NCBI GenBank assembly: GCA_030699685.1
Contig: JAUYLJ010000068.1
Span: 8,947-72,946, forward strand
Direction: 5' to 3'
DNA length: 64,000 nucleotides
Source: a bacterium
GTDB lineage: Bacteria; Patescibacteriota; Patescibacteriia; JAHIZJ01
In this document: positions 56,814-64,000 of the stretch, piece by piece
How positions within the stretch are numbered: position 1 is the first letter of the stretch
How the letters are laid out: every line of letters starts with the position of its first letter
Position numbers and translations under genes: made by a program
The notes under the pieces: generated by a model
The model's database searches: none
What the model was told of the DNA's origin: nothing
Seen by the model: the letters and a program-made list of their open reading frames with translations, nothing else

Positions 56814-58277
56814 CTATATGGAGTCATTCAATTTGCCCAGCGCCGTCTCCACCCTCTTCATAGCCTCCTCCTTGCCCAAAATCTCGGTAATTTCAAACAC
56901 TCCGGGTGAATTGGCCTGACCCGCCAGCGCTACGCGCAAGGGCCAAAGAATCTCACCCGTTTTTACGCCCAGCGCCGAAATTTTATTCAAGAAGAAGTTG
57001 TACAGATTTTCCTTGGTATAATCCCCCGCCTCAATCTCGCTGAAAATCTGCAGGGATTGCTTGAGCCTTTCGATAGTGGTTTCTTTATTGCCTTTCTTTG
57101 GCACCAGGATGTCCCCGTCATAGTCGATTGGACTGACCAAGAAAGCGGCCAGATCGCCAGCGTCTGTCAGCTTCACCAAACGGTCTTTAATCAGCTCGGT
57201 AATTTTATGAAGCCGGGCTTCATCGTCCGTGGGCACCGATACGGATTGAAAATATGGTTTGAGTTTCTCAACCAGCGCTGAGGTCGGCATCTGACGGATG
57301 TAGCGGCCATTGATATGGTTCAGTTTATCGATATTGAAAACAGCGCCGGCTTTATTCACTTTTTCCAATTCAAAGGACTGGATCAGTTCATCAATGGTAA
57401 AAAACTCCTGCTCTGTTTTCGGGTTCCAGCCAAGAAAGGCCACGAAGTTCAACAGCGCCTCAGGCAGGTATCCCTGATCACGATACTCAAACACTGAAAC
57501 GGCGGCGTCACGCTTGCTGAGCTTGCCTCCGGCTGGATTGAGGATCAACGGCAAATGAGCGTACAATGGCGCTTCCCAACCAAAGGCCTGATACAGCCAG
57601 AGGTGTTTTGGCGCGCTCGGCAGCCATTCCTCGGCACGCAGCACGTGACTGATTTCCATTAGGTGATCATCCACCACGTTGGCCAGCTGGTAGGTCGGAA
57701 AACCGTCCGACTTCATGATCACGGCATCGTCCTGCGTCGCGAATGAAAAATCAACATCGCCACGAATCAGATCGCGGAGCCTCTGCGTCCCCTGCCCCGG
57801 CAACTTCATTCTGATGACCGCGTTCTCCCCCGCCTCGGCTTTTTTTTTCGCTTCAGAAGCAGATAGGCTTCGACAAAGCTGGTCGTAACGAGGAGCGAGT
57901 TTCTGCGCCTGCTGTTGCTGACGCACTTTCTCCAAACGTTCAGGAGAGCAGAAGCAATAATAGGCCTTGTCTTCGGCTAAGAGGCGCTGGGCATGGTCAT
58001 GATAGATATCGAGTCGTTGTGATTGAAAGTAGGGCCCATGACCCCCATCCTTGTCCGGTCCTTCGTCATAGTCCAACCCTGCCCAGCGCAGAGCTTCGAT
58101 AATGCCATCTACGCTGCCCTTTACTTCCCGTTGCTGATCGGTGTCTTCTATCCGAAGGATGAAGCATCCCTTGTGCTTCTTGGCCAGCAGCCAATCAAAC
58201 AAAGCTGTGCGCAACCCGCCAATGTGCAGATTGCCAGTGGGACTGGGCGCGAATCTGACGCGTAATTCTTTATCCAT
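56814..58277 (-). CDS. gltX: glutamyl-tRNA synthetase
   Basis: RFAPSPTGNLHIGGLRTALFDWLLAKKHKG (HIGH), KLSKR (KMSKS) motif. Confidence 0.9.
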   Translation of the reverse strand: MDKELRVRFAPSPTGNLHIGGLRTALFDWLLAKKHKGCFILRIEDTDQQREVKGSVDGIIEALRWAGLDYDEGPDKDGGHGPYFQSQRLDIYHDHAQRLLAEDKAYYCFCSPERLEKVRQQQQAQKLAPRYDQLCRSLSASEAKKKAEAGENAVIRMKLPGQGTQRLRDLIRGDVDFSFATQDDAVIMKSDGFPTYQLANVVDDHLMEISHVLRAEEWLPSAPKHLWLYQAFGWEAPLYAHLPLILNPAGGKLSKRDAAVSVFEYRDQGYLPEALLNFVAFLGWNPKTEQEFFTIDELIQSFELEKVNKAGAVFNIDKLNHINGRYIRQMPTSALVEKLKPYFQSVSVPTDDEARLHKITELIKDRLVKLTDAGDLAAFLVSPIDYDGDILVPKKGNKETTIERLKQSLQIFSEIEAGDYTKENLYNFFLNKISALGVKTGEILWPLRVALAGQANSPGVFEITEILGKEEAMKRVETALGKLNDSI

Positions 58278-58287
58278 GAAAATTATA

Positions 58288-59202
58288 TTACAACCACTCT
58301 TTTTTACGCAAGATAAATATCACTCCTAATATTACCCCGAGGAGACCAATTCCGACCAGACCCAGGCCAAAGGGGTTGTCTGCCAGCGGCAATCCTTCCA
58401 CGTTCATGCCATATAAGCCAGTGAGCAGGGTCAAGGGCAAGAGAGAAACGGAGATAATCGTCAACGACTTCATAACGTTGTTAATCCTTTGTGACATCAG
58501 GAAATCGTTCGTCAGATGAACCCCTTCGACGCTATCGCGGAAATTTTCAAGCAGGGTAATGGAACGGCTCAGATAATCATGCACGTCATCAAAGTAGATT
58601 GAAATCTGTTCCGGCAAAAAAGACTTTTTTACATTGATCAGACGAAGCATCACCGATCGCTGAGGATCCAAGATACGGTACAACTTCTGGATGTTTCGCC
58701 TGGTAATAGCCAGCTCATAGGCGATTTGTTTGGGCGTGCTTTTGTACACTTCTTCCTCGGACCAGTTCACGCTCTCGCCAATTTCATTCAAAATAGGCGT
58801 ACTCATTCGATAGAGCCTGTCCATTATTTTATATAGCTGAAACCCCGCACTGTTGCGCACCGTGTGTTTTGAGGATCTGAGATTCCGGTAACTTTTAAAC
58901 ATTCTATCCAGAAGATCTAGTCTTCCTTTTGTCACTGTTACCAGCAGGCCGTGTTGTACAAAGGCATCGATTTCGAGGTACTCAACTTTCCTTTCCCTGG
59001 CGTCATAGATCGGAAAATGGAACACCAGGAAGACGTAGTTTCTGTAAATGTCCATTTTCGGGTGTTGGACGGACTGGGGTTGGCAGTCTTGGATATCAAG
59101 AGGATGAAACTTATACTCCCTCAGTTTTTGCAGATCGTCTTCACCTGGATCAGTCACGTGCATCCAGGTCAGTGATTCTTTTTCGGCTACTTGCGCGCTC
59201 AT
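58288..59202 (-). CDS. corA: CorA-family magnesium transporter
   Basis: C-terminal two TM helices with the YGMNVEGLP (GMN) signature. Confidence 0.85.
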   Translation of the reverse strand: MSAQVAEKESLTWMHVTDPGEDDLQKLREYKFHPLDIQDCQPQSVQHPKMDIYRNYVFLVFHFPIYDARERKVEYLEIDAFVQHGLLVTVTKGRLDLLDRMFKSYRNLRSSKHTVRNSAGFQLYKIMDRLYRMSTPILNEIGESVNWSEEEVYKSTPKQIAYELAITRRNIQKLYRILDPQRSVMLRLINVKKSFLPEQISIYFDDVHDYLSRSITLLENFRDSVEGVHLTNDFLMSQRINNVMKSLTIISVSLLPLTLLTGLYGMNVEGLPLADNPFGLGLVGIGLLGVILGVIFILRKKEWL

Positions 59203-59939
59203 GATTTTTTCTCGGTAAGAGCTTTATAGGTAAAAATGACGGTAGCGTTGAGTATCCTTTTCAGGCGGCGGGGTTCGCGACCGAGCCGGTAAAGCCACTC
59301 CAAGCCACCTTGACGCATGAGGTTCGGGGCGCGTTTCGTCCGACCAGAGATATAGTCAAACGCTCCGCCAATTCCGGCCGCTACCTTCACGCTGGGCATG
59401 CTTGGAAGATTGCGCGCAATCCATTTTTCCTGCTTGGGCGCTCCAAAAGCAACCAATAGAATATCGGGACGGCGGCGGGCAATGTGCTCAACCAGCTCTC
59501 TTTCACTTCGGTATCGGCCGGAGGGGGTCCGTTCGTTTTCCGCACCTACTATCCGCAGCTCCGGAAAATCGCGTTTCAACCTAACCGCGGCAGCGTATGC
59601 GACCCCGTCGCGTCCACCCAGCAGCTGAACACGGGAGCCTTCACGGGCAGCCACTTCGGCTAGCGTACTGACCATATCCACGCCAGTAATCCTGTTGAGC
59701 CGTTCTCCGCGTAATCGACCGATAAGCTGCAAGCCAAATCCATCAGGGAGCGAGAGTTCGGCTGAACGCAAAATGTTCAAAAACTCTTCGTCCTGGCTGG
59801 CCTCAACGCAAAATTCTGGATTAGGCGTGACGATGTGCCGCGATTCCGTTGAGAGCAAAAAATTTTGCAAAAGGTCAACAAGCTTCTCTGTGGAGAGATT
59901 ATGGATTGGGACTCCCAGAATGTGGGTAGAAGGTTTCAT
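59199..59939 (-). CDS. WecB/TagA/CpsF-family (GT26) glycosyltransferase
   Basis: ILGVPIHNLSTEKLVDLL...IVTPNPEF...LLVAFGAPKQEKWI, a GT26 pattern. Confidence 0.75.
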   Translation of the reverse strand: MKPSTHILGVPIHNLSTEKLVDLLQNFLLSTESRHIVTPNPEFCVEASQDEEFLNILRSAELSLPDGFGLQLIGRLRGERLNRITGVDMVSTLAEVAAREGSRVQLLGGRDGVAYAAAVRLKRDFPELRIVGAENERTPSGRYRSERELVEHIARRRPDILLVAFGAPKQEKWIARNLPSMPSVKVAAGIGGAFDYISGRTKRAPNLMRQGGLEWLYRLGREPRRLKRILNATVIFTYKALTEKKS

Positions 59940-60487
59940 GAAAACGTCGCGGTGGTCAATGATATGTATTCCGGCCCATCCTCACGCAGCTCGCTTTGAA
60001 ATAGAGATAGCGTATCCAATTCACCAAGGATCTTCATTCTCTCTGACAGAAAATGTATTTTCATTCCTTTTGGGAACCTGGCAACGGAAATATGGGGTTT
60101 GAATCCTTTACGGTCGGATGCTCCTATCCCCTCTTGATAACACCAGTCGCGAGCTTCAGACCAAAGGCGAAGCATCTGCTCATTCAGTCCCACAATGAAG
60201 CTGAGTGTTTGCGGGCGTCGTTCACTTGGGTAAAGCTCAAGCGAGGTGATTTCAACGTTCATTGGCGCGGTAATTTTTGCTGACAGCTCATGGCAATATT
60301 GGGCCAGGCGAGCAGCCTGATCATCGCTTAAAGTTCCCAGCCACCGTACAGTGATGTGCCAAATATCGGGACGGGCCCAGCGCCAGCCTGTTGTTTGGGA
60401 TTGCTTGGCCACTGTCTTGGATCGTAATTCGGCCAGCAAATGACCACTGATCGGCAAAGCAATGAAAACGCGATCAATCATAGGCAA
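59936..60487 (-). CDS. thpR: RNA 2',3'-cyclic phosphodiesterase (ThpR/LigT, 2H phosphoesterase)
   Basis: Two H-x-T/S-x motifs (WHITVRWLG and KPHISVARF). Confidence 0.75.
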   Translation of the reverse strand: MPMIDRVFIALPISGHLLAELRSKTVAKQSQTTGWRWARPDIWHITVRWLGTLSDDQAARLAQYCHELSAKITAPMNVEITSLELYPSERRPQTLSFIVGLNEQMLRLWSEARDWCYQEGIGASDRKGFKPHISVARFPKGMKIHFLSERMKILGELDTLSLFQSELREDGPEYISLTTATFS

Positions 60488-60594
60488 GTGTCAGAATTGA
60501 AATATATCACGGTTTTCGCTATAATAGAAGCATACGGACAGAACATTTTACCCTTTTCCCAATCTGTGGTAGTATTAATGAAGCCTCATAAAAA

Positions 60595-61962
60595 GTGACC
60601 AGCCTCAAAAACGCCATGAAACGACTTTTTTTAGCCGTCTCAATTACTGCCCTCATCCTGCCCCAAGCTCTCTTGGCGGCGGTTTTCAATCCCAATAACA
60701 TCATTTCCACCGAGGAGCTGACCAATAATCGTTCCATGTCCCGGGACCGGATTCAGAAATTTTTGGAAACTCAGACCGGGCTCCTCTCACAGTATCACAG
60801 CAATGTCTACGGCGTCTCAAAATCGGCAGCCGAGGTCATCTATGACGCGGCAAATTTTTATCAGATAAGCCCGAAATACTTGCTGGTTCTTCTGCAAAAA
60901 GAACAAAGCCTGATCACTGATCCAACGCCGAATGAGGGTCAGTATGACTGGGCTACCGGCTACGCCGTATGCGACAGTTGCAGTAAATCCGATCCGCGGA
61001 TTCAGCAATATCGCGGTTTCTTCAACCAGGTAAACTGGGCCGCTCGCAGAAATCGCCAGTATATTGAAGAAGCCGGACGATGGCATTTCAAAGTCGGCGG
61101 AACCTACCAGATTGACGGACAAACTGTCATTATGGACAACCAGGCCACAGTTAACCTCTACACCTACACGCCGCACATTCACGGAAATCAGCTTTTCCAT
61201 TCGCTCTGGCATCGCTGGTTCACCACCGAGTATCCGGACGGAACACTGTTACAGGCAGAGAACAAGCCAGGCGTCTACTTGATCCAAAACGGGAAAAAGA
61301 GGCCTTTCTGGTCAAAATCTGCGTTTCTCGCCAGCTATAATTCTCGCAATATTATCACTGTCTCCCAAACTGCCCTGGACGCCTATGATGACGGCCGCCC
61401 GATCAAGTTTCCGGAGTACAGCCTGCTTAAGTCACCCGATCAAAAAGTGTATTTGCTGAATGGCGATTCAAAAAGGATGATTGAATCTGACGAAGTATTC
61501 CGTAAAATCGGCTTCAATCCGGAGGAAGTAATCGACGTCGAACAAAGCGACGTGGACAGCTATCTGAATGGTGAACCGATTAACGCCGCCAGCCTCTATC
61601 CTGTGGGAATTCTGATGCAATCAAAGCAGAACGGCGGGGTCGCCTTCATCCAAAACGGCGTGCGGCATCCCATCTGGTCAAAAGAGATCCTCTCTTCGCG
61701 ATTCCCCCACCATAGAGCAACGATCGTCGAGCAGTCGGAAATTGATTCATACCCCGTTGGCGATCCAATCACCTTCCAAGACGGCGAACTCGTCACTGCC
61801 AAGGAAATCAGCTCAGTCTACGTCATTTCTAACGGTCAAAAACGCCGCGTTGGCTCGGCTGAGGTGTTTAACCAGCTTGGTTTCAAGTGGGACAATATTA
61901 TTTACACCTCACAGAAGGCACTGGAAATCCATCCTGAGGGTGCCGTGCTGACTGTCGATTAG
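60595..61962 (+). CDS. hypothetical secreted protein with four ~45-aa internal repeats
   Basis: Signal peptide (LFLAVSITALILPQALLA). Four repeats of the form [YLIQNGKKRPFWSKSAFL..., YLLNGDSKRMIESDEVF..., AFIQNGVRHPIWSKEIL..., YVISNGQKRRVGSAEVF...]. Confidence 0.45.
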   Translation: MTSLKNAMKRLFLAVSITALILPQALLAAVFNPNNIISTEELTNNRSMSRDRIQKFLETQTGLLSQYHSNVYGVSKSAAEVIYDAANFYQISPKYLLVLLQKEQSLITDPTPNEGQYDWATGYAVCDSCSKSDPRIQQYRGFFNQVNWAARRNRQYIEEAGRWHFKVGGTYQIDGQTVIMDNQATVNLYTYTPHIHGNQLFHSLWHRWFTTEYPDGTLLQAENKPGVYLIQNGKKRPFWSKSAFLASYNSRNIITVSQTALDAYDDGRPIKFPEYSLLKSPDQKVYLLNGDSKRMIESDEVFRKIGFNPEEVIDVEQSDVDSYLNGEPINAASLYPVGILMQSKQNGGVAFIQNGVRHPIWSKEILSSRFPHHRATIVEQSEIDSYPVGDPITFQDGELVTAKEISSVYVISNGQKRRVGSAEVFNQLGFKWDNIIYTSQKALEIHPEGAVLTVD

Positions 61963-61965
61963 TCC

Positions 61966-63834
61966 ATGTACGCGCGAATAATTCCGAGTCTGCGTTTGCC
62001 GCGGAGGCTTCAGTATTTTGATTACGCGGTACCGCCAAAGCTAGAACATGACATCGCGCCGGGTGATGTGGTAAAAATCGAGTTTCGGCGGCGGAAAGCC
62101 TGGGGAATCGTCCAAGAGCTGGTACTGGAACAATCAGCCAGAGAGGTGCTCAAAACCGTGCTGGCGCATCGCCAGGACCTGCGGCTGAACCGTATGCAGG
62201 TCGAGTTTTTGGTACTTTTTGCCAGAGAATTTTTTGTCAGTCCCGGCACCGTGGCCAACATGCTATTACGCACCTTGCCGTATCGCCATTTCGGGACAAA
62301 GTCGGGCAGCGGCACAACAGCAAATCGCCGACTCGCGAAAAAAGTCTCTTCGGACAGCCTGGTGGTCGCCGATACCGATGAGAGGATTAAATTCGTGAAA
62401 AACATATTAAGAGCTTCCAAAAACGGGACCGTTCTGCTCATCCATCCGGAAATCCAAACAGTTAAACGCTGGGAACACGCGCTTGCTGAATTTTTACCTT
62501 TGTCGTTTCATCGGCAGCTACCCACCCAAGAGTACTGGCAGCGCTATGCCCGTCAGCTGAGCCAACCAAGCCGGTTGATCATCGCCACGCGAGTAGGCCT
62601 CTTCCTTCCCTTCCATACTCTGCGGCACGTCATCATTGATGATGAAGAGAATCAGAATCACCGTCAATCAGAACAAAACCCCCGATATCATACTGACCAG
62701 GCTGTCCGACTTCTGCAAACTGTTCATGGCTGTTCGGTCAGTCTTCTTTCCTCCTTTCCCAGGATGACGACGCTTTCAGCCGTAAAAGGTGGCAATCTCC
62801 GGATAGTTGAGGCGCGAGAAAAGCAACAATTACCTTCTTCCGTGAAAATTGCCTCGCTTCCTGAAGAACGGCAATTGGGAAACTACGGCGTATTGAGCGC
62901 TTCCATGGAAAAAGCCCTGCACTCGGCGATACGGAATAAGAGGCACAGCCTGTTGTATTTCAACCGCCGCGGAGAGTCAAATAGTTTGAAGTGCCACGAC
63001 TGCGGATTCACCTATTCTTGCCCGAGATGCCGGCGTCCGCTGGCCGTCCATAAAAAAAACGCAAAAAAACAAAGCCAGCTGTTGCGCTGCCATCTTTGCT
63101 CCCATCAAGAGGACGTCAGCCTTCAGTGTCCACAATGCGGAAGCACGGATTTAAAGAAACGTGGCACGGGAATCCAGAAAATAACCGATCAGGTCAAATC
63201 TTCATTTCCTCAAGCGGTCACGGAAGTCATTGATTCCGGCACCGGCCTTTCTTCCCGTCCAACGCCTGATATTATCATTGCCACGCAAAAAGTATTCAGC
63301 CTTTCTGACTTGCCCAAATTTTCGGTGATAGGCATACTCAACGCTGACCAGGATTTACAGCTGCCTGACTTCAGTGCAGCGGAAACGGCATTTCGAACGA
63401 TTTCAAGGTTAGTAGGCTTAGCGGCGGCAAGCCAAGCGCAATGCGTCATCCAAACCTACTCTCCCGCGCACCACACCGTACAGATGGGCTCGCGGCAAGA
63501 TTATTGGGGGTTTTACGAGGAGGAAATCAAATTCAGAAAACAATATGCTTACCCCCCCTCGTCCCAACTGGTTCGGCTTATCTTGAAAGACTCCCGCCGG
63601 GAATCTCTCGTCAAAAAAGCGAAAAGATACTATGAACAGGTTTCGACAGCGCGGCCCTCGGCTGGAATTCATGTCGTGCAGCCCGGACCGGCTTTCACGG
63701 AAAAGATTCGCGGCCAGTACCAGTGGCAGATAGTCATCAAATTTTCAGATAAACATTGGCCGGAAGTCAAAAACCTGATAAACTTAAGCGGCGACGAGTG
63801 GCTTGTCGATATTAATCCTTTGAATCTTCTTTGA
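61966..63834 (+). CDS. priA: primosomal protein N' (PriA)-like, with apparently degenerate helicase Walker A motif
   Basis: N-terminal 3'-DNA-binding domain. PriA zinc-binding insert (CHDCGFTYSCPRCRR...CHLCSHQE...CPQCGS). Helicase core order is conserved (LIIATRVGLFLPF, IIDDEEN), but at the motif I position the sequence is LVVADTDERIKFV instead of GVTGSGKTEVY. Confidence 0.65.
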   Translation: MYARIIPSLRLPRRLQYFDYAVPPKLEHDIAPGDVVKIEFRRRKAWGIVQELVLEQSAREVLKTVLAHRQDLRLNRMQVEFLVLFAREFFVSPGTVANMLLRTLPYRHFGTKSGSGTTANRRLAKKVSSDSLVVADTDERIKFVKNILRASKNGTVLLIHPEIQTVKRWEHALAEFLPLSFHRQLPTQEYWQRYARQLSQPSRLIIATRVGLFLPFHTLRHVIIDDEENQNHRQSEQNPRYHTDQAVRLLQTVHGCSVSLLSSFPRMTTLSAVKGGNLRIVEAREKQQLPSSVKIASLPEERQLGNYGVLSASMEKALHSAIRNKRHSLLYFNRRGESNSLKCHDCGFTYSCPRCRRPLAVHKKNAKKQSQLLRCHLCSHQEDVSLQCPQCGSTDLKKRGTGIQKITDQVKSSFPQAVTEVIDSGTGLSSRPTPDIIIATQKVFSLSDLPKFSVIGILNADQDLQLPDFSAAETAFRTISRLVGLAAASQAQCVIQTYSPAHHTVQMGSRQDYWGFYEEEIKFRKQYAYPPSSQLVRLILKDSRRESLVKKAKRYYEQVSTARPSAGIHVVQPGPAFTEKIRGQYQWQIVIKFSDKHWPEVKNLINLSGDEWLVDINPLNLL

Positions 63835-63835
63835 G

Positions 63836-64000
63836 ATGAGGTTACCAGTTATCCAAGAGGGCGATCCTCGCTTAAGAAACAAATCAGCCTCGATCACGGA
63901 TTACGAACCCAAACGCTATCGAAAATTCGTCGAGGACCTTACTCAGACCATGTATGAGGAAGACGGCATTGGCATTGCCTCGCCGCAGGTTGGCGAGAAT
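63836..64000 (+). CDS. def: peptide deformylase (N-terminal fragment; continues beyond window)
   Basis: MRLPVIQEGDPRLRNK...EDGIGIASPQVGEN: motif 1 of Def (GIGLAAPQVG). Confidence 0.8.
   Translation, partial: MRLPVIQEGDPRLRNKSASITDYEPKRYRKFVEDLTQTMYEEDGIGIASPQVGEN

Noticed and set aside
1-64000. CRISPR arrays, rRNA genes, prophage structural genes
   Set aside because: No short regularly spaced repeats, no rRNA-like conserved segments, and no capsid, terminase or integrase ORFs were seen anywhere in the window.

Overview
This window reads as a gene-dense, reduced-genome bacterial chromosome segment of roughly 50% GC, possibly from a Patescibacteria/CPR-like organism. Most of it is housekeeping. 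It carries translation genes (bL25, RF1 with PrmC, bL31, uS2, EF-Ts, RRF, and the Pro-, Lys-, Ser- and Glu-tRNA synthetases, plus a Def N-terminus at the window end). It carries cell-wall and rod-shape genes (RodA/FtsW, two MreB paralogs, MreC, MreD, PBP2, Alr, Ddl, FtsQ-like, an M23 peptidase), replication genes (delta-prime, a PriA-like protein), and several glycosyltransferase/O-antigen-ligase-like envelope genes. The standout region is ~9.7-16.3 kb, immediately downstream of a tRNA-Thr/tRNA-Tyr pair. The 3' end of tRNA-Tyr plus a downstream motif recurs twice more, at ~14.43 kb and ~16.25 kb, like tandem att-site duplications of an integrated island, although no integrase gene is present. 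Inside the first segment, a ~200-250 bp inverted repeat with a near-palindromic core sits immediately upstream of two convergent operons. One is an AT-rich TruD-family pseudouridine synthase plus a CYTH protein. The other is a divergent guanylate-kinase-like P-loop kinase, a PreA/dihydropyrimidine-dehydrogenase-like Fe-S flavoprotein and a small zinc-ribbon protein. I read this as a candidate co-regulated, horizontally acquired pyrimidine/nucleotide-modification or salvage cassette that I do not recognise as a described system. Directly after the island lies a tight minus-strand cluster: VIT1-family transporter, MsrQ/ferric-reductase-like haem membrane protein, membrane-anchored SagB-type flavoprotein, cytochrome-b5-like membrane protein and a clear DNPH1/Rcl-like dNMP N-glycosidase. 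Other notable items are a PriA homolog whose Walker-A P-loop appears replaced, an AbrB-fold/Doc toxin-antitoxin pair, a solitary IS200/RAYT-like Y1 transposase gene, and small accessory genes (GIY-YIG, YgjP-like, PNPOx-like). All calls are from reading motifs in the six-frame translations; no database searches were run.
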